DNA from: Eledone cirrhosa
Lineage: Eukaryota
Direction: 5' to 3'
NCBI GenBank assembly: GCA_964016885.1
Contig: OZ024742.1
Span: 185,690,001 to 185,754,000 of the forward strand
DNA length: 64,000 bases
The notes below the pieces were generated by a model. It was not told the origin of the DNA and did no database searches. It saw nothing but the letters and a program-made list of their open reading frames with translations. How positions within the stretch are numbered: the first letter of the stretch is position 1; each line of letters starts with the position of its first letter. Positions 41,201 to 59,200 of this stretch are shown one piece after another. The translations under genes and the position numbers were made by a program.

Positions 41201-44200
41201 TGCTTACATATCTGGGACACTGTTGCTGTTACATACACAGATATACTAGAACACTTTACAGTACTGCTTACATATCTGGGACACTGTTGCTGTTACACAC
41301 ACAGATATACTAGAACACATTACAGTACTGCTTTTATATCTGGGACACTGTTGCTGTTACACACACAGATATACTAGAACACATTACAGTACTGCTTTTA
41401 TATCTGGGACACTGTTGCTGTTACATACACACAGATATACTAGAACACATTACAGTACTGCTTTTATATCTGGGACAGTGTTGCTGTTACACACACAGAT
41501 ATACTAGAACACATTACAGTACTGCTTTTATATCTGGGACACTGTTGCTGTTACATGCACACAGATATACTAGAACACATTACAGTACTGCTTTTATATC
41601 TGGGACACTGTTGCTGTTACATACACAGATATACTAGAACACATTACAGTACTGCTTTTATATCTGGGACACTGTTGCTGTTATATACACAGATATACTA
41701 GGACACATTACAGTACTGCTTTTATATCTGGGACACTGTTGCTGTTATATACACAGATATACTAGGACACATTACAGTACTGCTTACATATCTGGGACAC
41801 TGTTGCTGTTACATACACACAGATATACTAGAACACATTACAGTACTGCTTTTATATCTGGGACACTGTTGCTGTTATATACACAGATATACTAGGACAC
41901 ATTACATTACTGCTTACATATCTGGGACACTGTTGCTGTTACATACACACAGATATACTAGAACACATTACAGTACTGCTTTTATATCTGGGACACTGTT
42001 GCTGTTACATACACACAGATATACTAGAACACATTACAGTACTGCTTACATATCTGGGACACTGTTGCTGTTACACACACAGATATACTAGAACACATTA
42101 CAGTACTGCTTTTATATCTGGGACACTGTTGCTGTTACATACACAGATATACTAGAACACATTACAGTACTGCTTACATATCTGGGACACTGTTGCTGTT
42201 ACACACACAGATATACTAGAACACATTACAGTACTGCTTTTATATCTGGGACACTGTTGCTGTTACACACACAGATATACTAGAACACATTACAGTACTG
42301 CTTTTATATCTGGGACACTGTTGCTGTTACATACACACAGATATACTAGAACACATTACAGTACTGCTTTTATATCTGGGACAGTGTTGCTGTTACACAC
42401 ACAGATATACTAGAACACATTACAGTACTGCTTTTATATCTGGGACACTGTTGCTGTTACATGCACACAGATATACTAGAACACATTACAGTACTGCTTT
42501 TATATCTGGGACACTGTTGCTGTTACATACACAGATATACTAGAACACATTACAGTACTGCTTTTATATCTGGGACACTGTTGCTGTTATATACACAGAT
42601 ATACTAGGACACATTACAGTACTGCTTTTATATCTGGGACACTGTTGCTGTTATATACACAGATATACTAGGACACATTGCAGTACTGCTTACATATCTG
42701 GGACACTGTTGCTGTTACATACACACAGATATACTAGAACACATTACAGTACTGCTTTTATATCTGGGACACTGTTGCTGTTATATACACAGATATACTA
42801 GGACACATTACATTACTGCTTACATATCTGGGACACTGTTGCTGTTACATACACACAGATATACTAGAACACATTACAGTACTGCTTTTATATCTGGGAC
42901 ACTGTTGCTGTTACACACACAGATATACTAGAACACATTACAGTACTGCTTTTATATCTGGGACACTGTTGCTGTTACATACACAGATATACTAGAACAC
43001 ATTACAGTACTGCTTACATATCTGGGACACTGTTGCTGTTACACACACAGATATACTAGAACACATTACAGTACTGCTTTTATATCTGGGACACTGTTGC
43101 TGTTACACACACAGATATACTAGAACACATTACAGTACTGCTTTTATATCTGGGACACTGTTGCTGTTACATGCACACAGATATACTAGAACACATTACA
43201 GTACTGCTTTTATATCTGGGACACTGTTGCTGTTACATACACAGATATACTACAACACATTACAGTACTGCTTACATATCTGGGACACTGTTGCTGTTAC
43301 ATACACACAGATATACTAGAACACATTACGGTACTGCTTACATATCTGGGACACTGTTGCTGTTACATACACAGATATACTAGAACACTTTACAGTACTG
43401 CTTACATATCTGGGACACTGTTGCTGTTACACACACAGATATACTAGAACACATTACAGTACTGCTTTTATATCTGGGACACTGTTGCTGTTACACACAC
43501 AGATATACTAGAACACATTACAGTACTGCTTTTATATCTGGGACACTGTTGCTGTTACATACACACAGATATACTAGAACACATTACAGTACTGCTTTTA
43601 TATCTGGGACAGTGTTGCTGTTACACACACAGATATACTAGAACACATTACAGTACTGCTTTTATATCTGGGACACTGTTGCTGTTACATGCACACAGAT
43701 ATACTAGAACACATTACAGTACTGCTTTTATATCTGGGACACTGTTGCTGTTACATACACAGATATACTAGAACACATTACAGTACTGCTTTTATATCTG
43801 GGACACTGTTGCTGTTATATACACAGATATACTAGGACACATTACAGTACTGCTTTTATATCTGGGACACTGTTGCTGTTATATACACAGATATACAAGG
43901 ACACATTACAGTACTGCTTACATATCTGGGACACTGTTGCTGTTACATACACACAGATATACTAGAACACATTACAGTACTGCTTTTATATCTGGGACAC
44001 TGTTGCTGTTATATACACAGATATACTAGGACACATTACATTACTGCTTACATATCTGGGACACTGTTGCTGTTACATACACACAGATATACTAGAACAC
44101 ACTACAGTACTGCTTTTATATCTGGGACACTGTTGCTGTTACATACACACAGATATACTAGAACACATTACAGTACTGCTTACATATCTGGGACACTGTT

Positions 44201-47200
44201 GCTGTTACACACACAGATATACTAGAACACATTACAGTACTGCTTTTATATCTGGGACACTGTTGCTGTTACATACACAGATATACTAGAACACATTACA
44301 GTACTGCTTACATATCTGGGACACTGTTGCTGTTACACACACAGATATACTAGAACACATTACAGTACTGCTTTTATATCTGGGACACTGTTGCTGTTAC
44401 ACACACAGATATACTAGAACACATTACAGTACTGCTTTTATATCTGGGACACTGTTGCTGTTACATACACAGATATACTACAACACATTACAGTACTGCT
44501 TACATATCTGGGACACTGTTGCTGTTACATACACACAGATATACTAGAACACATTACGGTACTGCTTACATATCTGGGACACTGTTGCTGTTACATACAC
44601 AGATATACTAGAACACTTTACAGTACTGCTTACATATCTGGGACACTGTTGCTGTTACACACACAGATATACTAGAACACATTACAGTACTGCTTTTATA
44701 TCTGGGACACTGTTGCTGTTACACACACAGATATACTAGAACACATTACAGTACTGCTTTTATATCTGGGACACTGTTGCTGTTACATGCACACAGATAT
44801 ACTAGAACACATTACAGTACTGCTTTTATATCTGGGACACTGTTGCTGTTACATACACAGATATACTACAACACATTACAGTACTGCTTACATATCTGGG
44901 ACACTGTTGCTGTTACATACACACAGATATACTAGAACACATTACGGTACTGCTTACATATCTGGGACACTGTTGCTGTTACATACACAGATATACTAGA
45001 ACACTTTACAGTACTGCTTACATATCTGGGACACTGTTGCTGTTACACACACAGATATACTAGAACACATTACAGTACTGCTTTTATATCTGGGACACTG
45101 TTGCTGTTACACACACAGATATACTAGAACACATTACAGTACTGCTTTTATATCTGGGACACTGTTGCTGTTACATACACACAGATATACTAGAACACAT
45201 TACAGTACTGCTTTTATATCTGGGACAGTGTTGCTGTTACACACACAGATATACTAGAACACATTACAGTACTGCTTTTATATCTGGGACACTGTTGCTG
45301 TTACATGCACACAGATATACTAGAACACATTACAGTACTGCTTTTATATCTGGGACACTGTTGCTGTTACATACACAGATATACTAGAACACATTACAGT
45401 ACTGCTTTTATATCTGGGACACTGTTGCTGTTATATACACAGATATACTAGGACACATTACAGTACTGCTTTTATATCTGGGACACTGTTGCTGTTATAT
45501 ACACAGATATACTAGGACACATTACAGTACTGCTTACATATCTGGGACACTGTTGCTGTTACATACACACAGATATACTAGAACACATTACAGTACTGCT
45601 TTTATATCTGGGACACTGTTGCTGTTACATACACACAGATATACTAGAACACATTACAGTACTGCTTACATATCTGGGACACTGTTGCTGTTACACACAC
45701 AGATATACTAGAACACATTACAGTACTGCTTTTATATCTGGGACACTGTTGCTGTTACATACACAGATATACTAGAACACATTACAGTACTGCTTACATA
45801 TCTGGGACACTGTTGCTGTTACACACACAGATATACTAGAACACATTACAGTACTGCTTTTATATCTGGGACACTGTTGCTGTTACACACACAGATATAC
45901 TAGAACACATTACAGTACTGCTTTTATATCTGGGACACTGTTGCTGTTACATACACACAGATATACTAGAACACATTACAGTACTGCTTTTATATCTGGG
46001 ACAGTGTTGCTGTTACACACACAGATATACTAGAACACATTACAGTACTGCTTTTATATCTGGGACACTGTTGCTGTTACATGCACACAGATATACTAGA
46101 ACACATTACAGTACTGCTTTTATATCTGGGACACTGTTGCTGTTACATACACAGATATACTAGAACACATTACAGTACTGCTTTTATATCTGGGACACTG
46201 TTGCTGTTATATACACAGATATACTAGGACACATTACAGTACTGCTTTTATATCTGGGACACTGTTGCTGTTATATACACAGATATACTAGGACACATTA
46301 CAGTACTGCTTACATATCTGGGACACTGTTGCTGTTACATACACACAGATATACTAGAACACATTACAGTACTGCTTTTATATCTGGGACACTGTTGCTG
46401 TTATATACACAGATATACTAGGACACATTACATTACTGCTTACATATCTGGGACACTGTTGCTGTTACATACACACAGATATACTAGAACACATTACAGT
46501 ACTGCTTTTATATCTGGGACACTGTTGCTGTTACATACACACAGATATACTAGAACACATTACAGTACTGCTTACATATCTGGGACACTGTTGCTGTTAC
46601 ACACACACAGATATACGAGAACACATTACAGTACTGCTTTTATATCTGGGACACTGCTGCTGTTACATACACACAGATATACTAGAACACATTACAGTAC
46701 TGCTTTTATATCTGGGACACTGTTGCTGTTACATACACACAGATATACTAGAACACGTTACAGTACTGCTTACATATCCGGGACACTGTTGCTGTTACAC
46801 ACACACAGATATACTAGAACACATTACAGTACTGCTTACATATCTGGGACACTGTTGCTGTTACACACACAGATATACTAGAACACATTACAGTACTGCT
46901 TACATATCTGGGACACTGTTGCTGTTACATACACAGATATACTAGAACGCATTACAGTACTGCTTTTATATCTGGGACACTGTTGCTGTTACATACACAG
47001 ATATACTAGAACACATTACAGTACTGCTTACGTATCTGGGACACTGTTGCTGTTACACACACAGATATACTAGAACACATTTCAGTACTGCTTACATATC
47101 TGGGACACTGTTGCTGTTACATACACAGATATACTAGAACACATTACAGTACTGATTTTATATCTGAGACAGTGTTGCTGTTACACACACACAGATATAC

Positions 47201-50200
47201 TAGAACACATTACAGTACTGCTTTGATATCTGGGACACTGTTGCTGTTACATACACAGATATACTAGAACACATTACAGTACTGCTTACATATCTGAGAC
47301 AGTGTTGCTGTTACATATACACAGATATACAAGAACACATTACAGTACTGCTTTTATATCTGGGACAGTGTTGCTGTTACATACACACAGATATACTAGA
47401 ACACATTACAGTACTGCTTACATATCTGGGACAATGTTGCTGTTACATACACACAGATATACTAGAACACATTACAGTACTGCTTTTATATCTGGGACAC
47501 TGTTGCTGTTACATACACACAGATATACTAGAACACATTACAGTACTGCTTTTATATCTGGGACACTGTTGCTGTTACATACACAGATATACTAGAACAC
47601 ATTACAGTACTGTTTACATATCTGGGACAGTGTTGCTGTTACATACACAGATATACTAGAACACATTACAGTACTGCTTTTATATCTGAGACACTGTTGC
47701 TGTTACATACACACAGATATACTAGAACACATTACAGTACTGCTTACATATCTGGGACAGTGTTGCTGTTACATATACAGATATACTAGAACACATTACA
47801 GTACTGCTTACATATCTGGGACACTGTTGCTGTTACATACACACAGATATACAAGAACACATTACAGTACTGCTTACATATCTGGGACACTGTTGCTGTT
47901 ACATACACAGATATACTAGAACACATTACAGTACTGCTTACATATCTGGGACACTGTTGCTGTTACATACACCGATATACTAGAACACATTACAGTACTG
48001 CTTACATATCTGGGACACTGTTGCTGTTACATACACAGATATACTAGAACACATTACAGTACTGCTTTTACATCTGGGACACTGTTGCTGTTACACACAC
48101 AGATATACTAGAACACATTACAGTACTGCTTACATATCTGGGACAGTGTTGCTGTTACATACACACAGATATACTAGAACACATTACAGTACTGCTTTTA
48201 TATCTGGGACACTGTTGCTGTTACATACACAGATATACTAGAACACATTACAGTACTGCTTTTATATCTGAGACAGTGTTGCTGTTACATACACACAGAT
48301 ATACTAGAACACATTACAGTACTGTTTACATATCTGGGACACTGTTGCTGTTACATACACAGATATACTAGAACACATTACAGTACTGATTTTATATCTG
48401 GGACACTGTTGCTGTTACATACACAGATATACTAGAACACATTACAGTACTGCTTTTATATCTGGGACACTGTTGCTGTTACACACACACAGATATACTA
48501 GAACACATTACAGTACTGCTTACATATCTGGGACACTGTTGCTGTTACATACACAGATATACTAGAACACATTACAGTACTGCTTACATATCTGGGACAG
48601 TGTTGCTGTTACACACATACAGATATACTAGAACACATTACAGTACTGCTTACATATCTGGGACAGTGTTGCTGTTACATACACACAGATATACTAGAAC
48701 ACGTTACAGTACTGCTTTTATATCTGAGACAGTGTTGCTGTTACATACACACAGATATACTAGAACACATTACAGTACTGCTTTTATATCTGAGACAGTG
48801 TTGCTGTTACATACACAGATATACTAGAACACATTACAGTACTGCTTTTATATCTGGGACACTGTTGCTGTTACATACACAGATATACTAGAACACATTA
48901 CAGTACTGCTTACATATCTGGGACACTGTTGCTGTTACATACACAGATATACTAGAACACATTACAGTACTGCTTACATATCTGGGACAGTGTTGCTGTT
49001 ACACACATACAGATATACTAGAACACATTACAGTACTGCTTACATATCTGGGACAGTGTTGCTGTTACATACACAGATATACTAGAACACATTACAGTAC
49101 TGCTTACATATCTGGGACAGTGTTGCTGTTACACACACACAGATATACTAGAACACATTACAGTACTGCTTACATATCTGGGACAGTGTTGCTGTTACAT
49201 ACACAGATATACTAGAACACATTACAGTACTGCTTACATATCTGGGACACTGTTGCTGTTACATACACAGATATACTAGAACACATTACAGTACTGCTTT
49301 TATATCTGGGACACTGTTGCTGTTACACACACAGATATACTACAACACATTACAGTACTGCTTTTATATCTGGGACACTGTTGCTGTTACATACACAGAT
49401 ATACTAGAACACATTACAGTACTGCTTATATATCTGGGACACTGTTGCTGTTACATACACACAGATATACTAGAACACATTACAGTACTGCTTTTATATC
49501 TGGGACACTGTTGCTGTTACATACACAGATATACTACAACACATTACAGTAATGCTTTTATATCTGGGACACTGTTGCTGTTACACACACACAGATATAC
49601 TAGAACACATTACAGTACTGCTTACATATCTGGGACAATGTTGCTGTTACATACACGCAGATATACTAGAACACATTACAGTACTGCTTTTATATCTGGG
49701 ACACTGTTGCTGTTACATAAACACAGATATACTAGAACACATTAGAGTACTGCTTTTACATCTGGGACACTGTTGCTGTTACATACACAGATATACTAGA
49801 ACACATTACAGTACTACTTTTATATCTGGGACAGTGTTGCTGTTACATACACAGATATACTAGAACACATTACAGTACTGCTTACATATCTGGGACAGTG
49901 TTGCTGTTACATACACAGATATACTAGAACACATTACAGTACTACTATTATATCTGGGACAGTGTTGCTGATCCATACACAGATATACTAGAACAGATTA
50001 CAGTACTGCTTACATATCTGAGACAGTGTTGCTGTTACATACACACAGATATACTAGAACACATTACAGTACTGCTTTTATATCTGGGACAGTGTTGCTG
50101 TTACATACACAGATATACTAGAACACATTACAGTACTGCTTACATATCTGGGACAGTGTTGCTGTTACACACACACAGATATACTAGAACACATTATAGT

Positions 50201-53200
50201 ACTGCTTACATATCTGGGACAGTGTTGCTGTTACATACACAGATATACTAGAACACATTACAGTACTGCTTTTATATCTGGGACACTGTTGCTGTTACAT
50301 ACACACAGATATACTAGAACACATTACAGTACTGCTTTTATATCTGGGACACTGTTGCTGTTACATACACACAGATATACTAGAACACATTACAGTACTG
50401 CTTACATATCTGGGACACTGTTGCTGTTGCACACACACTGATATACTAGAACACATTACAGTACTGCTTTTGTATCTGTGACACTGTTGCTGTTACATAC
50501 ACAGATATACTAGAACACATTACAGTACTGCTTACATATCTGGGACACTGTTGCTGTTACACACACAGATATACTAGAACACATTACAGTACTGCTTTTA
50601 TATCTGGGACACTGTTGCTGTTAGACACACAAATATACTAGAACACATTACAGTACTGCTTTTATATCTGGGACACTGTTTCTCTTACACACACACAGAT
50701 ATACTAGAACACATTACACTACTGCTTTTATATCTGGGACATTGTTGCTGTTACATACACAGATATACTAGAACACATTACAGTACTGCTTACATATCTG
50801 GAACACGGTTGCTGTTACATACAGAAATATACTAGATCACATTACAGTACTGCTTACATATCTGGGACACTGTTGCTGTTACATACACAGATATACTAGA
50901 ACACATTACAGTACTGCTTTTATATCTGGGACAATGTTGCTGTTAGATACACAGATATACTAGAACACATTACAGTACTGCTTTTATATCTGGGACACTG
51001 TTGCTGTTACATACACACAGATATACTAGAACACATTACAGTACTGCTTACATATCTGGGACAATGTTGCTGTTACATACACAGATATACTAGAACACAT
51101 TACAGTACTGCTTACATATCTGGGACACTGTTGCTGTTACATACACACAGATATACTAGAACACATTACAGTACTGCTTACATATCTGGGACAGTGTTGC
51201 TGTTACATACACAGATATACTAGAACACATTACACTACTGCTTACATATCTGGGACACTGTTGCTGTTACATACACACAGATATACTAGAACACATTACA
51301 GTACTGCTTACATATCTGGGACACTGTTGCTGTTACATACACAGATATACTAGAACACATTACAGTACTGCTTACATATCTGGGACAGTGTTGCTGTTAC
51401 ATACACAGATATACTAGAACACATTACAGTACTGCTTACATATCTGGGACACTGTTGCTGTTACATACACAGATATACTAGAACACATTACAGTACTGCT
51501 TTTATATCTGGGACACTGTTGCTGTTACATACACAGATATACTAGAACACATTACAGTACTGCTTTTATATCTGGGACACTGTTGCTGTTACATACACAC
51601 AGATATACTAGAACACATTACAGTACAGCTTTTATATCTGGGACACTGTTGCTGTTACATACACACAGATATACTAGAACACATTACAGTACTGCTTACA
51701 TATCTGGGACACTGTTGCTGTTACACACACACAGATATACTAGAACACATTACAGTACTGCTTTTATATCTGGGACACTGTTGCTGTTACATACACACAG
51801 ATATACTAGAACACATTACAGTACTGCTTACATATCTGTGACACTGTTGCTGTTACATACACAGATATACTAGAACACATTACAGTACTGCTTTTATATC
51901 TGGGACACTGTTGCTGTTAGACACACAGATATACTAGAACACATTACAGTAATGCTTTTATATCTGGGACACTGTTTCTGTTACACACACACAGATATAC
52001 TAGAACACATTACAGTACTGCTTTTATATCTGGGACACTGTTGCTGTTACATACACACAGATATACTAGAACACATTACAGTACTGCTTACATATCTGTG
52101 ACACTGTTGCTGTTACATACACAGATATACTAGAACACATTACAGTACTGCTTTTATATCTGGGACACTGTTGCTGTTAGACACACACAGATGTACTAGA
52201 ACACATTACAGTACTGCTTTTATATCTGGGACACTATTGCTGTTACATACACACAGATATACTAGAACACGTTACAGTACTGCTTACATATCTGGGACAC
52301 TGTTGCTGTTACACACACACAGATATACTAGAACACATTACAGTACTGCTTTTATATCTGAGACAGTGTTGCTGTTACATACACACAGATATACTAGAAC
52401 ACATTACAGTACTGCTTTTATATCTGGGACACTGTTGCTGTTACATACACAGATATACTAGAACACATTACAGTACTGCTTTTATTTCTGGGACAGTGTT
52501 GCTGTTACACACACAGATATACTAGAACACATGACAGTACTGCTTTTATATCTGGGACACTGCTGCTGTTACATACACACAGATATACTAGAACACATTA
52601 CAGTACTGCTGTTATATCTGGGACACTGTTGCTGTTACATACACAGATATACTAGAACACATTACAGTACTGCTTACATATCTGGGACACGGTTGCTGTT
52701 ACATACAGAAATATACTAGAACACATTACAGTACTGCTTTTATATCTGGGACACTGTTGCTGTTACATACACACAGATATACTATAACACATTACAGTAC
52801 TGCTTACATATCTGGGACAGTGTTGCTGTTACATACACAGATATACTAGAACACATTACAGTACTGCTTACATATCTGGGACACTGTTGCTGTTACATAC
52901 ACAGATATACTAGAACACATTACAGTACTGCTTACATATCTGGGACACTGTTGCGGTTACATACACAGATATACTAGAACACATTACAGTACTGCTTTTA
53001 TATCTGGGACAATGTTGCTGTTACATACACAGATATACTAGAACACATTACAGTACTGCTTTTATATCTGGGACACTGTTGCTGTTACATACACACAGAT
53101 ATACTAGAACACATTACAGTACTGCTTACATATCTGGGACAATGTTGCTGTTACATACACAGATATACTAGAACACATTACAGTACTGCTTACATATCTG

Positions 53201-56200
53201 GGACAGTGTTGCTGTTACATACACACAGATATACTAGAACACATTACAGTACTGCTTACATATCTGGGACACTGTTGCTGTTACATACACACAGATATAC
53301 TAGAACACATTACAGTACTGCTTACATATCTGGGACAGTGTTGCTGTTACATACACAGATATACTAGAACACATTACAGTACTGCTTTTATATCTGGGAC
53401 ACTGTTGCTGTTACATACACACAGATATACTAGAACACATTACAGTACTGCTTACATATCTGGGACACTGTTGCTGTTACACACACACTGATATACTAGA
53501 ACACATTACAGTACTGCTTTTATATCTGGGACACTGTTGCTGTTACATACACACAGATATACTAGAACACATTACAGTACTGCTTACATATCTGTGACAC
53601 TGTTGCTGTTACATACACAGATATACTAGAACACATTACAGTAATGTTTACATATCTGGGACACTGTTGCTGTTACACACACAGATATACTAGAACACAT
53701 TACAGTACTGCTTTTATATCTGGGACACTGTTGCTGTTAGACACACAGATATACTAGAACACATTACAGTACTGCTTTTATATCTGGGACACTGTTTCTG
53801 TTACACACACACAGATATACTAGAACACATTACAGTACTGCTTTTATATCTGGGACACTGTTGCTGTTACATACACACAGATATACTAGAACACGTTACA
53901 GTACTGCTTACATATCTGGGACACTGTTGCTGTTACACACACACAGATATACTAGAACACATTACAGTACTGCTTTTATATCTGGGACACTGTTGCTGTT
54001 ACATACACACAGATATACTAGAACACATTACAGTACTGCTTACATATCTGGGACAGTGTTGCTGTTACACACACACAGATATACTAGAACACATTACAGT
54101 ACTGCTTACATATCTGGGACAGTGTTGCTGTTACATACACAGATATACTAGAACACATTACAGTACTGCTTACATATCTGGGACACTGTTGCTGTTACAT
54201 ACACAGATATACTAGAACACATTACAGTACTGCTTTTATATCTGGGACACTGTTGCTGTTACACACACAGATATACTACAACACATTACAGTACTGCTTT
54301 TATATCTGGGACACTGTTGCTGTTACATACACAGATATACTAGAACACATTACAGTAATGCTTTTATATCTGGGACACTGTTTCTGTTACACACACACAG
54401 ATATACTAGAACACATTACAGTACTGCTTACATATCTGGGACAATGTTGCTGTTACATACACGCAGATATACTAGAACACATTACAGTACTGCTTTTATA
54501 TCTGGGACACTGTTGCTGTTACATACACACAGATATACTAGAACACATTAGAGTACTGCTTTTACATCTGGGACACTGTTGCTGTTACATACACAGATAT
54601 ACTAGAACACATTACAGTACTACTTTTATATCTGGGACAGTGTTGCTGTTACATACACAGATATACTAGAACACATTACAGTACTGCTTACATATCTGGG
54701 ACAGTGTTGCTGTTACATACACACAGATATACTAGAACACATTACAGTACTACTTTTATATCTGGGACAGTGTTGCTGTTACATACACAGATATACTAGA
54801 ACAGATTACAGTACTGCTTACATATCTGAGACACTGTTGCTGTTACATACACACAGATATACTAGAACACAGTACAGTACTGCTTACATATCTGGGACAG
54901 TGTTGCTGTTACATACACAGATATACTAGAACACATTACAGTACTGCTTACATATCTGGGACAGTGTTGCTGTTACACACACACAGATATACTAGAACAC
55001 ATTACAGTACTGCTTACATATCTGGGACAGTGTTGCTGTTACATACACAGATATACTAGAACACATTACAGTACTGCTTACATATCTGGGACACTGTTGC
55101 TGTTACATACACAGATATACTAGAACACATTACAGTACTGCTTTTATATCTGGGACACTGTTGCTGTTACATACACAGATATACTAGAACACATTACAGT
55201 AATGTTTACATATCTGGGACACTGTTGCTGTTACATACACAGATATACTAGAACACATTACAGTAATGTTTACATATCTGGGACACTGTTGCTGTTACAC
55301 ACAGAGATATACTAGAAGACATTACAGTACTGCTTTTATATCTGGGACACTGTTGCTGTTAGACACACAGATATACTAGAACACATTACAGTACTGCTTT
55401 TATATCTGGGACACTGTTTCTGTTACACACACACAGATATACTAGAACACATTACAGTACTGCTTTTATATCTGGGACACTGTTGCTGTTACATACACAC
55501 AGATATACTAGAACACGTTACAGTACTGCTTACATATCTGGGACACTGTTGCTGTTACACACACACAGATATACTAGAACACATTACAGTACTGCTTTTA
55601 TATCTGGGACACTGTTGCTGTTACATACTCACAGATATACTAGAACGCATTACAGTACTGCTTACATATCTGGGACAGTGTTGCTGTTACACACACACAG
55701 ATATACTAGAACACATTACAGTACTGCTTACATATCTGGGACAGTGTTGCTGTTACATACACAGATATACTAGAACACATTACAGTACTGCTTACATATC
55801 TGGGACACTGTTGCTGTTACATACACAGATATAATAGAACACATTACAGTACTGCTTTTATATCTGGGACACTGTTGCTGTTACACACACAGATATACTA
55901 CAACACATTACAGTACTGCTTTTATATCTGGGACACTGTTGCTGTTACATACAGAGATATACTAGAACACATTACAGTACTGCTTATATATCTGGGACAC
56001 TGTTGCTGTTACATACACACAGATATACTAGAACACATTACAGTACTGCTTTTATATCTGGGACACTGTTGCTGTTACATACACAGATATACTAGAACAC
56101 ATTACAGTAATGCTTTTATATCTGGGACACTGTTTCTGTTACACACACACAGATATACTAGAACACATTACAGTACTGCTTACATATCTGGGACAATGTT

Positions 56201-59200
56201 GCTGTTACATACACGCAGATATACTAGAACACATTACAGTACTGCTTTTATATCTGGGACACTGTTGCTGTTACATACACACAGATATACTAGAACACAT
56301 TAGAGTACTGCTTTTACATCTGGGACACTGTTGCTGTTACATACACAGATATACTAGAACACATTACAGTACTGCTTACATATCTGGGACACTGTTGCGG
56401 TTACATACACAGATATACTAGAACACATTACAGTACTGCTTTTATATCTGGGACAATGTTGCTGTTACATACACAGATATACTAGAACACATTACAGTAC
56501 TGCTTTTATATCTGGGACACTGTTGCTGTTACATACACACAGATATACTAGAACACATTACAGTACTGCTTACATATCTGGGGCACTGTTGCTGTTACAT
56601 ACACACAGATATACTAGAACACATTACAGTACTGCTTTTATATCTGGGACAATGTTGCTGTTACATACACACAGATATACTAGAACACATTACAGTACTG
56701 CTTACATATCTGTGACACTGTTGCTGTTACATACACAGATATACTAGAACACATTACAGTAATGTTTACATATCTGGGACACTGTTGCTGTTACACACAC
56801 AGATATACTAGAACACATTACAGTACTGCTTTTATATCTGGGACACTGTTGCTGTTAGACACACAGATATACTAGAACACATTACAGTACTGCTTTTATA
56901 TCTGGGACACTGTTTCTGTTACACACACACAGATATACTAGAACACATTACAGTACTGCTTTTATATCTGGGACACTGTTGCTGTTACATACACACAGAT
57001 ATACTAGAACACGTTACAGTACTGCTTACATATCTGGGACACTGTTGCTGTTACACACACACAGATATACTAGAAAACATTACAGTACTGCTTTTATATC
57101 TGGGACACTGTTGCTGTTACATACACACAGATATACTAGAACACATTACAGTACTGCTTACATATCTGGGACAGTGTTGCTGTTACACACACACAGATAT
57201 ACTAGAACACATTACAGTACTGCTTACATATCTGGGACAGTGTTGCTGTTACATACACAGATATACTAGAACACATTACAGTACTGCTTACATATCTGGG
57301 ACACTGTTGCTGTTACATACACAGATATACTAGAACACATTACAGTACTGCTTTTATATCTGGGACACTGTTGCTGTTACACACACAGATATACTACAAC
57401 ACATTACAGTACTGATTTTACATCTGGGACACTGTTGCTGTTACATACACAGATATACTAGAACACATTACAGTACTTCTTATATATCTGGGACACTGTT
57501 GCTGTTACATACACACAGATATACTAGAACACATTACAGTACTGCTTTTATATCTGGGACACTGTTGCTGTTACATACACAGATATACTAGAACGCATTA
57601 CAGTAATGCTTCTATATCTGGGACACTGTTTCTGTTACACACACACAGATATACTAGAACACATTACAGTACTGCTTACATATCTGGGACAATGTTGCTG
57701 TTACATACACGCAGATATACTAGAACACATTACAGTACTGCTTTTATATCTGGGACACTGTTGCTGTTACATACACACAGATATACTAGAACACATTAGA
57801 GTACTGCTTTTACATCTGGGACACTGTTGCAGTTACATACACAGATATACTAGAACACATTACAGTACTACTTTTATATCTGGGACAGTGTTGCTGTTAC
57901 ATACACAGATATACTAGAACAGATTACAGTACTGCTTACATATCTGAGACACTGTTGCTGTTACATACACACAGATATACTAGAACACATTACAGTACTG
58001 CTTACATATCTGGGACAGTGTTGCTGTTACATACACAGATATACTAGAACACATTACAGTACTGCTTACATATCTGGGACAGTGTTGCTGTTACACACAC
58101 ACAGATATACTAGAACACATTACAGTACTGCTTACATATCTGGGACAGTATTGCTGTTACATACACAGATATACTAGAACACATTACAGTACTGCTTACA
58201 TATCTGGGACACTGTTGCTGTTACATACACAGATATACTAGAACACATTTCAGTACTGCTTTTATATCTGGGACACTGTTGCTGTTACATACACAGATAT
58301 ACTAGAACACATTACAGTACTGCTTTTATATCTGGGACACTGTTGCTGTTACATACACACAGATATACTAGAACACATTACAGTAATGCTTTTATATCTG
58401 GGACACTGTTGCTGTTACATACACACAGATATACTAGAACACATTACAGTACTGCTTATATATCTGGGACACTGTTGCTGTTACACACACACTGATATAC
58501 TAGAACACATTACAGTACTGCTTTTATATCTGGGACACTGTTGCTGTTACATACACACAGATATACTATAACACATTACAGTACTGCTTACATATCTGTG
58601 ACACTGTTGCTGTTACATACACAGATATACTAGAACACATTACAGTACTGCTTACATATCTGGGACACTGTTGCTGTTACACACACAGATATACTAGAAC
58701 ACATTACAGTACTGCTTTTATATCTGGGACACTGTTGCTGTTAGACACACAAATATACTAGAACACATTACAGTACTGCTTTTATATCTGGGACACTGTT
58801 TCTCTTACACACACACAGATATACTAGAACACATTACAGTACTGCTTTTATATCTGGGACACTGTTGCTGTTACATACACAGATATACTAGAACACATTA
58901 CAGTACTGCTTACATATCTGGGACACGGTTGCTGTTACATACAGAAATATACTAGATCACATTACAGTACTGCTTACATATCTGGGACACTGTTGCTGTT
59001 ACATACACAGATATACTAGAACACTTTACAGTACTGCTTTTATATCTGGGACAATGTTGCTGTTAGATACACAGATATACTAGAACACATTACAGTACTG
59101 CTTTTATATCTGGGACACTGTTGCTGTTACATACACACAGATATACTAGAACACATTACAGTACTGCTTACATATCTGGGACAATGTTGCTGTTACATAC

